Assembly: GCA_964016885.1 (NCBI GenBank)
Contig: OZ024765.1
Span: forward strand, 17,360,001 to 17,424,000
DNA length: 64,000 nucleotides
Source of the DNA: Eledone cirrhosa
Taxonomy: Eukaryota
Direction of reading: 5' to 3'
Shown here: piece after piece, positions 41,501-54,609 of the stretch
Layout: every line of letters starts with the position of its first letter
How positions within the stretch are numbered: the first letter of the stretch is position 1
Notes under the pieces: generated by a model
Told to the model about the DNA's origin: nothing
What the model saw: the letters and a program-made list of their open reading frames with translations, nothing else
The model's database searches: none
Program-made: the position numbers and the translations under genes

Positions 41501-44500
41501 AGTCCACACTGTAAAGTAGTCGTGTAGGTGTCACGACAAAAAGCACCCAGTCCACACTGTAAAGTGGTCATGTAGGTCTAACAACAAAAAGCACCCAGTC
41601 CACACTGTAAAGTGGTCGTGTAGGTGTCACGACAAAAAGCACCCAGTCCACACTGTAAAGTGGTCATGTAGGTGTCACTCAAAAAGCACCCAGTCCACAC
41701 TGTAAAGTGGTCATGTAGGTGTCACACAAATAGCACCCAGTCCACACTGTAAAGTGGTCATGTAGGTGTCACCTCAAAAAGCACCCAGTCCACACTGTAA
41801 AGTAGTCGTGTAGCTGCTACGACAAAAAGCACCCAGTCCACACTGTAAAGTGGTCATGTACGTGTCACGACAAAAAGCACCCAGGCCACACTGTAAATTG
41901 GTCATGTAGGTGTCACTCAAAAAGCACCCAGTCCACACTGTAAAGTCGTCATGTAGGTTTCACTCAAAAAGCACCCAGTCCACACTGTAAAGTCGTCATG
42001 TAGCTGTCACGACAAAAAGCACCCAGTCCACACTGTAAAGTAGTCATGTAGGTGTCACTCAAAAAACACCCAGTCCACACTGTAAAGTCGTCATGTAGCT
42101 GTCACGACAAAAAGCACCCAGTCCACACTGTAAAGTGGTCATGTAGGTGTCACGACAAAAAGCACCCAGTCCACACTGTAAAGTGGTCATGTAGGTGTCA
42201 CGACAAAAAGCACCCAGTCCACACTGTAAAGTCGTCGTATAGGTGTCACTACAAAAAGCACCCAGTCCACACTGTAAAGTCGTCGTGTAGGTGTCACTAC
42301 AAAAAGCACCCAGTCCACACCGTAAAGGGGTCATGTAGGTGTCATGACAAAAAGCACCCAGTCCACACTGTAAAGTGGTCATGTAGGTGTCACGACAAAA
42401 AGCACCCAGTCCACACTGTAAAGTGGTCATGTAGGTGTCACGTCAAAAAGCACCCAGTCCACACTGTAAAGTAGTCGTGTAGGTGTCACGACAAAAAGCA
42501 CCCAGTCCACACTGTAAAGTGGTCATGTAGGTGTCACGACAAAAGCACCCAGTCCACACTGTAAAGTGGTCATGTAGGTGTCACGTCAAAAAGCACCCAG
42601 TCCACACTGTAAAGTAGTCGTGTAGGTGTCACGACAAAAAGCACCCAGTCCACACTGTAAAGTGGTCATGTAGGTGTCACGAAAAAAAGCACCCAGTCCA
42701 CACTGTAAAGTGGTCATGTAGGTGTCACGACAAAAAGCACCCAGTCCACACTGTAAAAAGTGGTCATCTAGGTGTCACGACAAAAAGCACCCACTCCACA
42801 CTGTAAAAAGTGGTCATGTAGGTGTCACGACAAAAAGCACCCAGTCCACACTGTAAAGTGGTCATGTAGATGTCACGACAAAAACCACCCAGTCCACACT
42901 GTAAAGTGGTCGTGTAGGTGTCACGACAAAAACCACCCAGTCCACACTGTAAAGTGGTCATGTAGGTGTCACGACAAAAAGCACCCAGTCCACACTGTAA
43001 AGTGGTCATGTAGGTGTCACGACAAAAAGCACCCAATCCACACTGTAAAGTGGTCATGTAGGTGATTCAACAAAAAGCACCCAGTCCACACTGTAAAGTA
43101 GTCGTGTAGGTGTCACGACAAAAAGAACCCAGTCCACACTGTAAAGTGGTCATGTAGGTGTCACTCAAAAAGCACCCAGTCCACACTGTAAAGTGGTCAT
43201 GTAGGTGTCACTCAAAAAGCACCCAGTCCACACTGTAAAGTGGTCATGTAGGTGTCACTCAAAAAGCACCCAGTCCACACTGTAAAGTGGTCATGTAGGT
43301 GTCTCGACAAAAAGCACCCAGTCCACACTGTAAAGTGATCATGTAGGTGTCACTACAAAAAGCACCCAGTCCACTCTCTAAAAAGTGGTCATCTAGGTGT
43401 CATGACAAAAAGCACCCAGTCCACACTGTAAAGTGGTCGTGTAGGTGTCACGACAAAAAGCACCCAGTCCACACTGTAAAGTGGTCATGTAGATGTCACT
43501 CAAAAAGCACCCAGTCCACACTGTAAAGTGGTCATGTAGGTGTCACGACAAAAAGCACCCAGTCCACACTGTAAAGTGGTCATGTAGGTGTCACGACAAA
43601 AAGCACCCAGTCCACACTGTAAAGTGGTCGTGTAGGTGTCACGACAAAAAGCACCCAGTCCACACTGTAAAGTGGTCATGTAGGTGTTACGACAAAAAGC
43701 ACCTAGTCCACACTGTAAAGTCGTCGTGCAGGTGTCACTACAAAAAGCACCCAGTCCACACTGTAGAGTAGTCGTGTAGGTGTCACGACAAAAAGCACCC
43801 AGTCCACACTGTAAAGTGGTCATGTAGGTGTCTCGACAAAAAGCACCCAGCCACACTGTAAAGTGGTCATGTAGGTGTCACGACAAAAAGCACCCAGTCC
43901 ACACTGTAAAGTCGTCGTGTAGGTGTCACTACAAAAAGCACCCAGTCCACACTGTAAAGTAGTCGTGTAGGTGTCACGACAAAAAGCACCCAGTCCACAC
44001 TGTAAAGTCGTCATGTAGGTGTAACAACAAAAGCACCCAGTCCACACTGTAAGTGGTCGTGTAGGTGTCACGACAAAAAAGCACCCAGTCCACACTGTAA
44101 AGTGGTCATGTAGGTGTCTCGACAAAAAGCACCCCGGCCACACTGTAAAGTGGTCATGTAGGTGTCACTCAAAAAGCACCCAGTCCACACTGTAAAGTGG
44201 TCATGTAGGTGTCACGACAAAAAGCACCCAGTCCACACTGTAAAGTGGTCGTGTAGGTGTCACGACAAAAAGCACCCAGTCCACACTGTAAAGTGATCGT
44301 GTAGGTGTCACGACAAAAAGCACCCAGTCCACACTGTAAAGTGGTCATGTAGGTGTAACAACAAAAAGCACCCAGTCCACACTGTAAAGTGGTCAAGTAG
44401 GTGTCACAGCAAACAACACCCAGTCCACACTGTAAAGTAGTCGTGTAGGTGTTACGACGAAAAGCACCGAGTCCACACTGTAAAGTGGTCATGTAGCTGT

Positions 44501-44652
44501 CACGACAAAAAGCACCCAGTCCACACTGTAAAGTGGTCGTGTACGTGTCACGACAAAAAGCACCCAGTCCACACTGTAAAGTGGTCGTGTAGGTGTCACG
44601 ACAAAAAGCACCCAGTCCACACTGTAAAGTGGTCGTGTAGGTGTCACGACAA
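38569..44652. repeat. 48-bp tandem satellite, ~127 copies
   Basis: Unit aaaaagcacccagtccacactgtaaagtggtcatgtaggtgtcacgac. Confidence 0.97.
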
Positions 44653-44915
44653 AGGTAAACAGAAATAACAAAACAAATGACACAGTACAATGAAGAAATC
44701 TGTTAGTAGTGTTATGCGTGATATAGGAGGAAAAGAGTCTGAACGTTTCGGAAACTAGTCCTTCGTCAGAAATAGAATGAGAAATTAAAGAAGAAATAGA
44801 ATGATTGAGGAGACGTGCAGTGGCGGAGCGGAAGCATTTCTTTAGGAAAAAATAACATTGTCCATTCATGTGACCATCACTAGGAAAGCTGTTGATGCTG
44901 CATTTTGTGTACGAT
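44653..44915 (-). mobile_element. Family J-like Penelope terminal fragment with minimal HHR core at 44738-44773
   Basis: rc ttt-CTGACGA-aGGA ctagtt TCC-GAAA-CG-TT; helix I degenerate; homologous to 24652-24905. Confidence 0.65.
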
Positions 44916-45032
44916 ATACTATATATATGTATATATATGAAGTTTAAAAAAAAACACTTGCGAGCAGTGAAGTGTAGATTTAACACTTCACTGCTCGCAA
45001 GTGTTTTTTTTTAACTTCATATCATGTCTACA

Positions 45033-45103
45033 TATTTTATCTGATGAGAACGCAAGTATCATCCCATGGTGATATTTGTTTTTGAAATGCGCATAATAAA
45101 ATA
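45033..45103 (+). ncRNA. Type I hammerhead ribozyme, family F
   Basis: TATTTTAT-CTGATGA-long helix II (gcaagtatcatc/ggtgatatttgt)-GAA-ATGCGCAT-A-ATAAAATA. Confidence 0.85.
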
Positions 45104-45133
45104 CATGGAACTCTTTTAACCATCTTTTGATCT

Positions 45134-45190
<57 letters not shown>

Positions 45191-45194
<4 letters not shown>

Positions 45195-45917
45195 AAAGAA
45201 TAGAGGTGTAACACACAAGTTATTATATATTGGTAAACGGAATAGAAAATGCTGACAAATTGTTCACAGTTGAAAAATGGTTTAATTAGGAATAAAAGAG
45301 TATTAGTGATTGTATGGGTTAGTATTCAGTTGTGGTTTTAAGTTTTTAACTTTTTACCGGTTGCGCATTTCTAAATGCTTTTCAAAAATAATTTTGAGAT
45401 AGAGTGTCCGTGCTGTTTGCTCTGATCTGATTAGTTTTGCGAATTCTACCTGTTTCATTTCTCAATCTTGGCGCAAAACCAATTTTTTATCCACATGACC
45501 TCTACCGACCAATCAAAATTGTTTTGACCAAGAATTTTTGCTGGAGCCACTTTTTTAACATAAAAACAGTCTTGGCGCAAAATCAACTTTTTACATTCAC
45601 ATGACCTCTACCGACCAATCAAAATTGTTTTGACCACAAGAATTTTTGCAACACAAAAATAACGCTGGAGCCACTTTTTTAACATAAAAACAGGTAGAAT
45701 TCCCAAAACTAATCAGATCAGAGCAAACAACACGGACACTCTATCTCAAAATTATTTTTGAAAAGCATTTAGAAATGCGCAACCGGTAAAAACTTAAAAA
45801 CTTAAAACCACAACTGAATACTAACCCATACAATCACTAATACTCTTTTATTCCTAATTAAACCATTTTTCAACTGTGAACAATTTGTCAGCATTTTCTA
45901 TTCCGTTTACCAATATA
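45191..45917. mobile_element. Family I large fold-back element; ~220-bp near-perfect arms, tandem ~104-bp duplication in the loop
   Basis: 45235-45455 vs 45689-45917 inverted; tcttggcgcaaaa at 45466 and 45570; left-only tail; TA flanks. Confidence 0.8.
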
Positions 45918-45931
45918 TATATATATATATA

Positions 45932-46276
45932 TGCAAAAGTTTTATTTAAAATTGTTGGGTTACAACGAGTAAATATTTTATAACTGATATAAAAGCACTC
46001 AACAGTTTTTGGAGTAGGTTTACGATATTAAACAAATGGAAACTATATTTATAAAACCATATTTATTTCGTTATATATATTTCTGGGATATCATATTAAA
46101 AACTTTTTAAATGGAAGTTGCATTATTATAAGGTATGTCAAAATTATCTATAAAACAGCTTATATATTGTATTTTGTCTGAGGAAGGCATACCATATTTT
46201 TAATATGATATCCCAGAAATATATATAACGAAATAAATATGGTTTTATAAATATAGTTTCCATTTGTTTAATATCG

Positions 46277-46278
<2 letters not shown>
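45932..46278. mobile_element. Family G fold-back element; complete hammerhead at 46170-46235 (+)
   Basis: TATTTTGT-CTGAGGA-helix II-GAA-ATATATAT-A-ACGAAATA; inverted arm stops in the helix II loop (~46100). Confidence 0.8.
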
Positions 46279-46345
<67 letters not shown>

Positions 46346-46404
46346 GAAGGGTATAGAAAACACTGCAGCGAAAAAGCGAACAGCATTCCATAGTATATGG
46401 TGTA

Positions 46405-46495
46405 TTTGCCTTTCATCCTTACGGGGTCGATAAAATAAAGTACCAGTGATGCACTGAGTAATTGCTGGCCTTGTGCCAAAAGTAGAAACAGTTAT
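46405..46495 (+). mobile_element. 5'-truncated Meta-domain-like SINE
   Basis: tttgcctttcatccttacggggtcgataaaataaagtaccag. Confidence 0.85.
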
Positions 46496-47231
46496 TGTTA
46501 TTGTAGTTGGTGTGTAACCACCACCAATACCAAGATCATCAACACAACCACCACTAACAACAACAACAACAACAGCTACCACCAAAGACAACCAACAATA
46601 AAAAACGAGGACACCCAACTACACGAAGTTTGAACGTTAGTTGACGAAGGATAAAAATGATAAGGAACAACTGGATTAACTCCCCAACATTGAAAACAAT
46701 TGGGTGCGGAAACCAAATAACCCTCCAGTACTTCTGAAAACATTTTTTAATGTTTTGTCGCTTTTTGTCTTCCTTTTGCGTTTTGTTCAGGGAGGTTGGC
46801 AGGGGAGGGCGCTGGGATGAACTGGGGTGAGCTTGGGTTGGCTGGGGTAGACTGGGGTGGACTGGGGTTTACAGTGGAGGTGGGGCGACAGAATATAGAG
46901 CAGCGTTATTGCGAAGCATATAACACACTAACAGTTAGAAATAATGAAGCGCCGAAGCAAACAAATACACCCCCCCCCCCACACACACACACACTCTCTC
47001 TCTTTCCTCTCTCTTTCTTTCCTCTTTCTCTCCCTCATATATATATATATAAATAAATAAATATATATATATATAAATAATTAAATAAATAAATATATAT
47101 ATATATATAAATAATTAAATAAATAAATAAATAAATATATATATATATATAGAGATAATTAAATAAATAAATATATATATATATAAATAAATAATTAAAT
47201 AAATAAATAAATAAATATATATATATATATA

Positions 47232-47780
47232 TAGTGACGTCAATGAATATATATATTTATATATATATATATATTTATATATATATAAATAAATATAAAT
47301 TCAGCGAGAATCGTATTTCGGTTGGTATATAGTAAATAATGATGCAATTCAATTAAAGAACTCTGCTTGCTTTCCCCACATAGGAATGACGTAGTATATT
47401 TCGAATAAGAAAAAGGCGAAGTAGTTTCAAATGTTAAAGTACTTTATTGATGAGCCCGTGATAGATATTTCAATGACGACTGTGACCACGTGATTGCGCC
47501 TATCCAATGCCATGACCTCATCAGACAGCTTCTTACATAAGGCAATCCAAATTAAAGCGACAAGAGAGCGGACAAACATAATGTTCTTGAAGCGTTCACT
47601 TTTGTCCGTTTTAATTTTGATTGCCTCGAGAACGTTATCTTATTATGTAAGAAGCTGTCTGATGTGATCATGGCACTGGTTAGGCGGAATCACGTGGTCA
47701 CATTCGTCATTGAAATATGTATCATAGCCTTATCAATAAAGGACTTTAACATCTGAAACTACTTCGCATTTTCTTATTGT
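47232..47780. mobile_element. Family H fold-back element with diverged arms and inverted hammerheads (47456-47529 -, 47654-47728 +)
   Basis: rc gCTGT-CTGATGA-...-GAA-ATATCTAT-C-ACGG; + GCTGT-CTGATGt-...-GAA-ATATGTAT-C-ATAGC. Confidence 0.72.
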
Positions 47781-47819
47781 ATATATATATATATATAGTG
47801 ACGGCGATGAATTTATTTA

Positions 47820-47898
<79 letters not shown>

Positions 47899-47901
<3 letters not shown>

Positions 47902-48190
47902 AAGTAATTCCGTCGGAAAAGTCCAGGAAAAAAGAGTGCTCTATGTAGGTAACAGAGCTTAATAGTTATGTAATAAACAACATAAGGCAATTATTCCATT
48001 TACCAGTGGTTTCTTAAAAGCAAAAAAATTTGCTTTCAATGCTCAGAATGAAAAAGACCTGGTCTGTTTATTGAATTTGGATCAATAACAGACCAGGATT
48101 TTTTCATTCTGAGCATTGAAAGCAACATTTTTTGCTTTTAAGAAACCACTGGTAAATGGAATAATTGCCCTATGTTGTTTATTACATAAA
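47899..48190. mobile_element. Family E fold-back element, second copy
   Basis: Homologous to 32937-33262 with a different apex (~48072-48084). Confidence 0.8.
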
Positions 48191-48260
48191 TATATATATA
48201 TATATATATAAACAATGTATATATATATATAGACATATATATAGTGACGGCGATGAATTT

Positions 48261-48314
<54 letters not shown>

Positions 48315-49199
48315 TTTGTAGTTTTTCCAAATTGAAGGATGAGTTTATTTTATTCTGAGTTAAGACTCTATTGGTTTTTTCCCTGGATTTCACAAAATCT
48401 GTGGATAAAATCTCTGTCTTGATTGTTTTTTAATTGAGTTTGAATTATTTTCCCATATCTTACGTTAAATATTTTCCATTTTGACGTTATAGTCACTTAT
48501 ATATTATGAAATACTGTTGGCTTTTGTTCACATCAATTTGTCTATTTTTATTTATATATAATGCATATATATATATATAATATTAATACAATAACAGAGA
48601 AAGCTTTACGCTAAACTCTGACTGGTAACCATCTCACTCAACAAACATTAGGATATACGTTAGTATAAACCCAATTTTGTGTTTGGGGTGCTAACTATAT
48701 GTATTTTGTGGAAAGCCAGTTGTATTATTTTGTATGAGATATAATTAAAATTAAAATATATCTCTCTTTCCAAACAATTGTTTCATTATAAGTTTTCTAC
48801 AAGTTGGGAGAATATTTCCAGTTTATGTAGAAACCTAATATATTTTCATGTAAGAATACAATTAGGTGGGCACTTATAAATCGTCAGTGGAAGCCCATTA
48901 AACTTTGATATAAGAAAAATTTCTTACCGCAGTTAATTTTCGTGTCCGCTAATTTGTCCCCTCACGCATCGAATGACCGCCAAATTTGAAATTCCAGCAG
49001 TCCTTTGACTGAGGAAGTATCATAGCGTCACGAAGACAATCACGAGTCACGAGAAAAGAAAAATAATATACACTTGGGTTAATTAGTTTTTTCAAAAACA
49101 TTATCAATCCTTCGTGTTAAGAACTCAGTTAATTAAAAAAAAAATATATATATATATATATATTAACAAAACTTAGGGTGGACACGATGATGTTAAAAA

Positions 49200-49392
49200 T
49201 AATTGTTTCTACTTTTGGCACAAGGCCAGCAATTACCCCAGTGTATTACTGGTACTTTATTTTATCGATCCCGTAAGAATGAAAGGCAAAGTAAACATCG
49301 GCGGGATTTGAACTCAGAACGTAAAGGGCCATACCTCTATGCTTCAAAGAATGGCCTCTGACGTTCTACCGATACTGCCAATCTACCGCCCT
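49200..49392 (-). mobile_element. Meta-domain-like SINE
   Basis: Reverse complement of the family consensus. Confidence 0.88.
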
Positions 49393-49594
49393 TAATATAA
49401 AAAATAAGGAAGAAAATGAAGACAAAGAAAGTGGAGAAGGATGAGGGAAACAAGGAGACATTTCTAAAGATTCCATCGAGAGAAAAAGAACCCCTCCAGG
49501 GTCAATACACCACGTGATGCAACAGAGAGATAAACCAAATTAATATTCAACAATGGTTGAAATAATAGGGAATAAAAGCCGAACAAATTCCTGT

Positions 49595-49985
49595 TGGCCC
49601 GCTGTGTCCTTGAGCAAGGTACTTTATTTATTGTTCCTTCGATCAACTTTGTTGTCAGAAAATGAGCTACAACTGTAATACCAACAGAAGAGAACTCTGT
49701 CGTGTCATACATTGAGTTATGACGAATCTCCCTGAGAGTTACGTTAAATATACACGGGTTCAGGGAATATTAAGTCAATTATGAAGGGTAAAGACCCCTT
49801 CCGGTTACGAATGACCATGGGGTTTGCACCTCGAAAGTTTCCCCTCCCCTCCGAGGCACAAATCTGGGCAAGCTTGTTTCGTAGCAGACCAATAGTCACC
49901 CTACATACCAGCCTCTCCTCTCCACGCCACTCATGTTGTCGAAGGGAGGGGCAATGAGCGATACAACTTGACACCAGTGACATCA
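49595..49985 (+). mobile_element. Diverged tRNA-SINE body
   Basis: gtgtccttgagcaaggtactttattt head remnant; gaatctccctgaga..tacgttaa shared with 53135-53160. Confidence 0.5.
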
Positions 49986-49989
49986 TAAC

Positions 49990-51080
49990 ATATATATTTA
50001 TAATATATACACTATATATACAATATATATAATATATACACTATTTAGGCACTATATATAGAATATATATAATATATACACTATATATACAATATATATA
50101 ATATATACACTATTTAGGCACTATATATAATATATATATATATAATATATACACTATATATACAATATATATAATATATACCCTATATATACAATATATA
50201 TAATATATACACTATATATACAATATATATAATATATACCCTATATATACAATATATATAATATATACACTATATATGCACTATATATAATATATACACT
50301 ATATATAATATATACACTATATATACACTATATATAATATATACACTATATATACACTATATATAATATATACACTATATATACAATATATATATAATAT
50401 ATACACTATATATACAATATATATATAATAAACACTATATATACTATATATGCACTATATATACAATATATATAATATATACACTATATATGCACTAGAT
50501 ATACAATATATATAATATATACACTATATATACAATATATATAATATATACACTATTTAGGCACTATATATACAATATATATAATATATACACTATATAT
50601 GCACTATATATACAATATATATAATATATACACTATTTAGGCACTATATATACAATATATATATATATATAATATATACATTATTAAGGATCGATCGACT
50701 TTCGTCAAATCGGACCGAGGGAACAATGTTTCCGTTGGTCTTTCCAATTGCTAATACTATCTATCGGTCGCAACTCCAGGTAGAAGGAGCAACATGAAAT
50801 AAAGTGTCTTGCTCAAGGACATAACGCATCGCCTGGTCCAGGAATCGAACTCACAACCTCAAGATTGTGAATCCAATTCTCTAACCACTCAGCCACACGC
50901 CTTCACATATACACTATATATGCACTATATATACATTATATATAATATATACACTATATATACATTATATATAATATATACACTATATATGCACTATATA
51001 TACATTATATATAATATATACACTATATATGCACTATATATACATTATATATAATATATACACTATGTATACACTATATA
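49990..51080. repeat. TA-derived minisatellite (atatatacactatatatacaatatatata-type units), interrupted by a SINE at 50692-50906
   Basis: Direct reading. Confidence 0.88.
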
Positions 51081-51274
51081 TGATGTTGTCCAAGGGAAAG
51101 GCAATGGCCGATACCGCTTGGCACCAGTGAGGTCACACTTCATTTCTACAGGTGAGTGAATTGGAGCAATGTTAAATAAAGTGTCTTGCTCAAGGAAACA
51201 ATGCGTAAAGCTCCGCCCACACACATATATATACATATATATATACACATATATATACACATATATATATACAC

Positions 51275-51320
<46 letters not shown>

Positions 51321-51410
51321 CTACATACACATATATATATATATATACACATATCTACATACACATATATATATATATATATACACATATCTACATACAC
51401 ATATATACAA

Positions 51411-51456
<46 letters not shown>

Positions 51457-51518
51457 CTACATACACATATACACACACACACACATATATATATATACAC
51501 ATATCTACATACACATAT

Positions 51519-51567
<49 letters not shown>

Positions 51568-51820
51568 TATATATATACACATATCTATGTACTCGAGTAC
51601 TCAATACTTAGGTTAGTGGAGTGGGTAATAGGAAAATATATGATCCCGGCTAATAGCCCTTGAAAAGGCTTGAGCTCTGCCGTCGGGGTCAGTGAGTGAA
51701 CTGGAGCAATGTTAAATAAAGTGTCTTGCTCAAGGAAACAATGCGCAAAGCGCCATCCGAGAATTGACCTCACAACCTCGCGATAGTAAGCCCGACGCCC
51801 AAACAACTAAGCCATGCACT
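51080..51820 (-). mobile_element. Split/duplicated tRNA-SINE fragments with TA/CA expansion and a family A fragment (51590-51690)
   Basis: gtgagtgaa.tggagcaatgttaaataaagtgtcttgctcaagg at 51152 and 51692. Confidence 0.65.
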
Positions 51821-53030
51821 GAGCCAATCCCACTCTCTGAGCGACAGTAGTTATAACCCGAAAGGAAGAAAAGATCAACATCATCGGTAACTACTGAGCC
51901 GCAGGTTTTATGTCGGAGTTATCCCCGTTTCCTGAGTTGCCCTCTCCTAGAAGAATGCCCTGGCAAAGGCTAGGGGTCCGTCACTCCCAGTGGCTTAACC
52001 GCGCGATTCTATGTCCCAGCCCGCACATATATACACACATGTATACATGTATATACATATATACATATATATATACCTATGTATATACATATTTACACAT
52101 TTTTGGATGGCTGTTCCATACATATATTTCATACATAAATACACACATACATACATCAATACATGCACATAAATACATGCATACATGGTGGCTGGCAACT
52201 CGTTTACGAGTACGGCCACTACTTTATATCCATGTAGGAGAACCACTACCGATGCGCTGAACAAGAGATACATACATACATACATACATACATGGTGGCT
52301 GCCAACTCGTTTACGAGTACGGCCACTACTTTATATCCATGTAGGAGAACCCCTACTGATGCGCTGAACGAGTGTGACTTTTTAGTCCAGCCAGCGACAT
52401 GAAAACTCTGGTACAAACACTACACTTGTGACAATTATTGACACATAGTGCTGGGCCCATGGTACCATGTGGCGACAAGTGCAGAGAGGTCTCCAGATAT
52501 AAAGCAATGTCTGTGCCGTGAAGCTTTTATAGTGATCAAAGGCACTGCACAAAGCCAGTCCCACTCTCTTAACCAAGATGATATTTACCAAAAAGAAGAA
52601 CAAGTCAACATCATTGGATACCATCAGGGTTGCAGGTGTTATATCAAATACATACATACATACATACATAAATACATGGTGGCTGCCAACTCGTTTTCGA
52701 GTACGGCCACTACTTTATATCCATGTAGGAGAACCCCTACCGATGCGCTGAACAAGTGTGACATTTTAGTCCAGCCAGTAACTTGAAAACTCTGGTACAA
52801 ACACTACACTTGCGACAATTATTGACACATAGTGCTGGGCCCTTGGTACCCTGTGACGACAAGTGCAGAGAGATCTCCAGATATAAAGCAATGCCTGTGC
52901 CGTGAAGCTTTTATAGTGAGCAAAGGGAGTGCACAAGCCAGTCCCACTCTCTTAACCAAGATGATATTTACCAAAAAGAAGAACAAGTCAACATCATTGG
53001 ATACCATCAGGGTTGCAGGTGTTATATCAC
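51815..53030 (-). mobile_element. Stack of RTE-derived non-autonomous element copies (two ~350-bp, one ~80-bp, one related 5' piece)
   Basis: Reverse complements of 11900-12255, each ending in (TACA)n. Confidence 0.8.
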
Positions 53031-53348
53031 ATACATACACACACACATACATACATACATACATACGTCATACAATAGAGCCAGGAACTGTTATATATAT
53101 ATATCAACAGCCATAACCCTCATAGAGTTATGCTGAATCTCCCTGAGAAATACGTTAAGTACATACCTGTCCGTTGAATATACAACCACATTAGTTTAAG
53201 TATGTGTGTAATCACATCCAACAGAATTTCACGAGGAGGGTGGTGTTCAGATGATGGATCAGCCGGACTATATGTCATCTTAGCAATGGTGATTGAACAC
53301 TGTTTGTTGCTCAGAATATTTAGTATATGTTCTGTGGAGGTTTGTGAC

Positions 53349-54392
53349 CCAGTGGTGAGGGCGTTGGATTACGATCATAATGTCGTGGGTTCAATTTCTG
53401 GACTGGGTTGTGTGTTGTGTTCTTTAGTGCAATACTCCATTTGACTTTCCTCCAGTGGTAAGGGCTTTGACTTACGATCGTAATGTTGTGGGTTCGATTC
53501 TTAGACCATGTTGTGAATTGTGTACTTGAGCAAAACACTCCATTTCACGTTGCTCCAGTCGTATGGTGTTAGACTTACGATCACAATTTCCTATGGTTCG
53601 ATTCCTGGTCTAGGTTGTAAGTTATATTCTTCAGCGCAACATTCCATATTACTTTGCTCCAGTGATAGGTTTGTTGGACTAACGATCAAGACATCGAGGG
53701 TTTGATTCCTGGATTGGGTTGTGTATTGGGTCCTTGAGCAAAACACATCATTTCACATTACTCAAGTGGTAAGGGTGCTGGACCTACAATCACAATGTTG
53801 TAGGTTCGATTCTTAGACATGGTTGTATGTTGTGTTCTTAAGCAAAAGATTTCATTTCACGTTGCTCCAGTATACACCCCTCAAAATGAGTACGAGTTAA
53901 AGCTGGCAATTTAACCCTACAATGGAATAGCGCCCTGTCCCGTGGGAAGTCTTGCACTCCCAATTAAGTCGACAAAGGCCACGGAAACTGGTACAAAAAC
54001 CGCCCTGATGAGCTTTCGGGATCGAGACGTTTGTCGGACGGGTAAAATGACAGTGAGACCAAGCGACAGTGAATCCAAGGATCTCACTGTCGCTTCACTC
54101 CACAGAAACTGAGAAAATCACTAGCCTGATGAGTCTCCGGGATCGGGGCAAATTTTAATATAGTTGTTTCTTCTTTTGGCACAAGGCCAGCAATTGCCCC
54201 CAGTGCATTACTGGTACTATATTTTATCGACCCCGTAAGGATGAAAGGCAGAGTTAATCTAATCTCGGGGGGATAGTGATGGCTAGACGTCTGTCCAGAA
54301 TAGTGTGATGTCAATCTCTCTGTCGCTTCACGCCATGTAAAAAGGTAAAAACACTGGCTTGATGAGCGTCTGGATTCGAAAAAGACTTTAGA
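53349..54392 (+). mobile_element. V-like tRNA-SINE with five tandem ~103-bp heads and repeated 3' ends; nested Meta-like SINE (54160-54270, -)
   Basis: Heads at ~53349, 53452, 53555, 53659, 53763, each with a ggttcgattc-type B box. Confidence 0.75.
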
Positions 54393-54609
54393 TTTCTCTG
54401 CCATTAGGCGAATATGAAATCCTCACACATTGTTACCCAGTGCAGCTACTACCCGGGAATGTTAGAGGCCTTCCCACGTATACAAGAAGAAAAGGTTCCC
54501 CACTTTTTTCTGAATTCCTTGCAAGATGTGAACAACACGGCACTTCCTCTTCTTAAGTGAAATATTTAAGGTGTGTGGATATATAAACACACAGATGTAT
54601 GGGGATGCG

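Noticed and set aside
38569-44652. CRISPR array or Cys-rich repeat protein
   Set aside because: No unique spacers, eukaryotic context, frame-breaking indels, and the monomer matches a SINE segment.
45740-45790. Hammerhead in family I (gaaatgcgcaac)
   Set aside because: No clear CUGANGA or UH; family I is grouped with the others on geometry only.
53995-54390. Hammerheads at cctgatgagc...gagac (54004, 54125, 54358; also 10050, 10155)
   Set aside because: These are the 3' end of the V-like SINE; GAAA and helices I/III are not consistently present.
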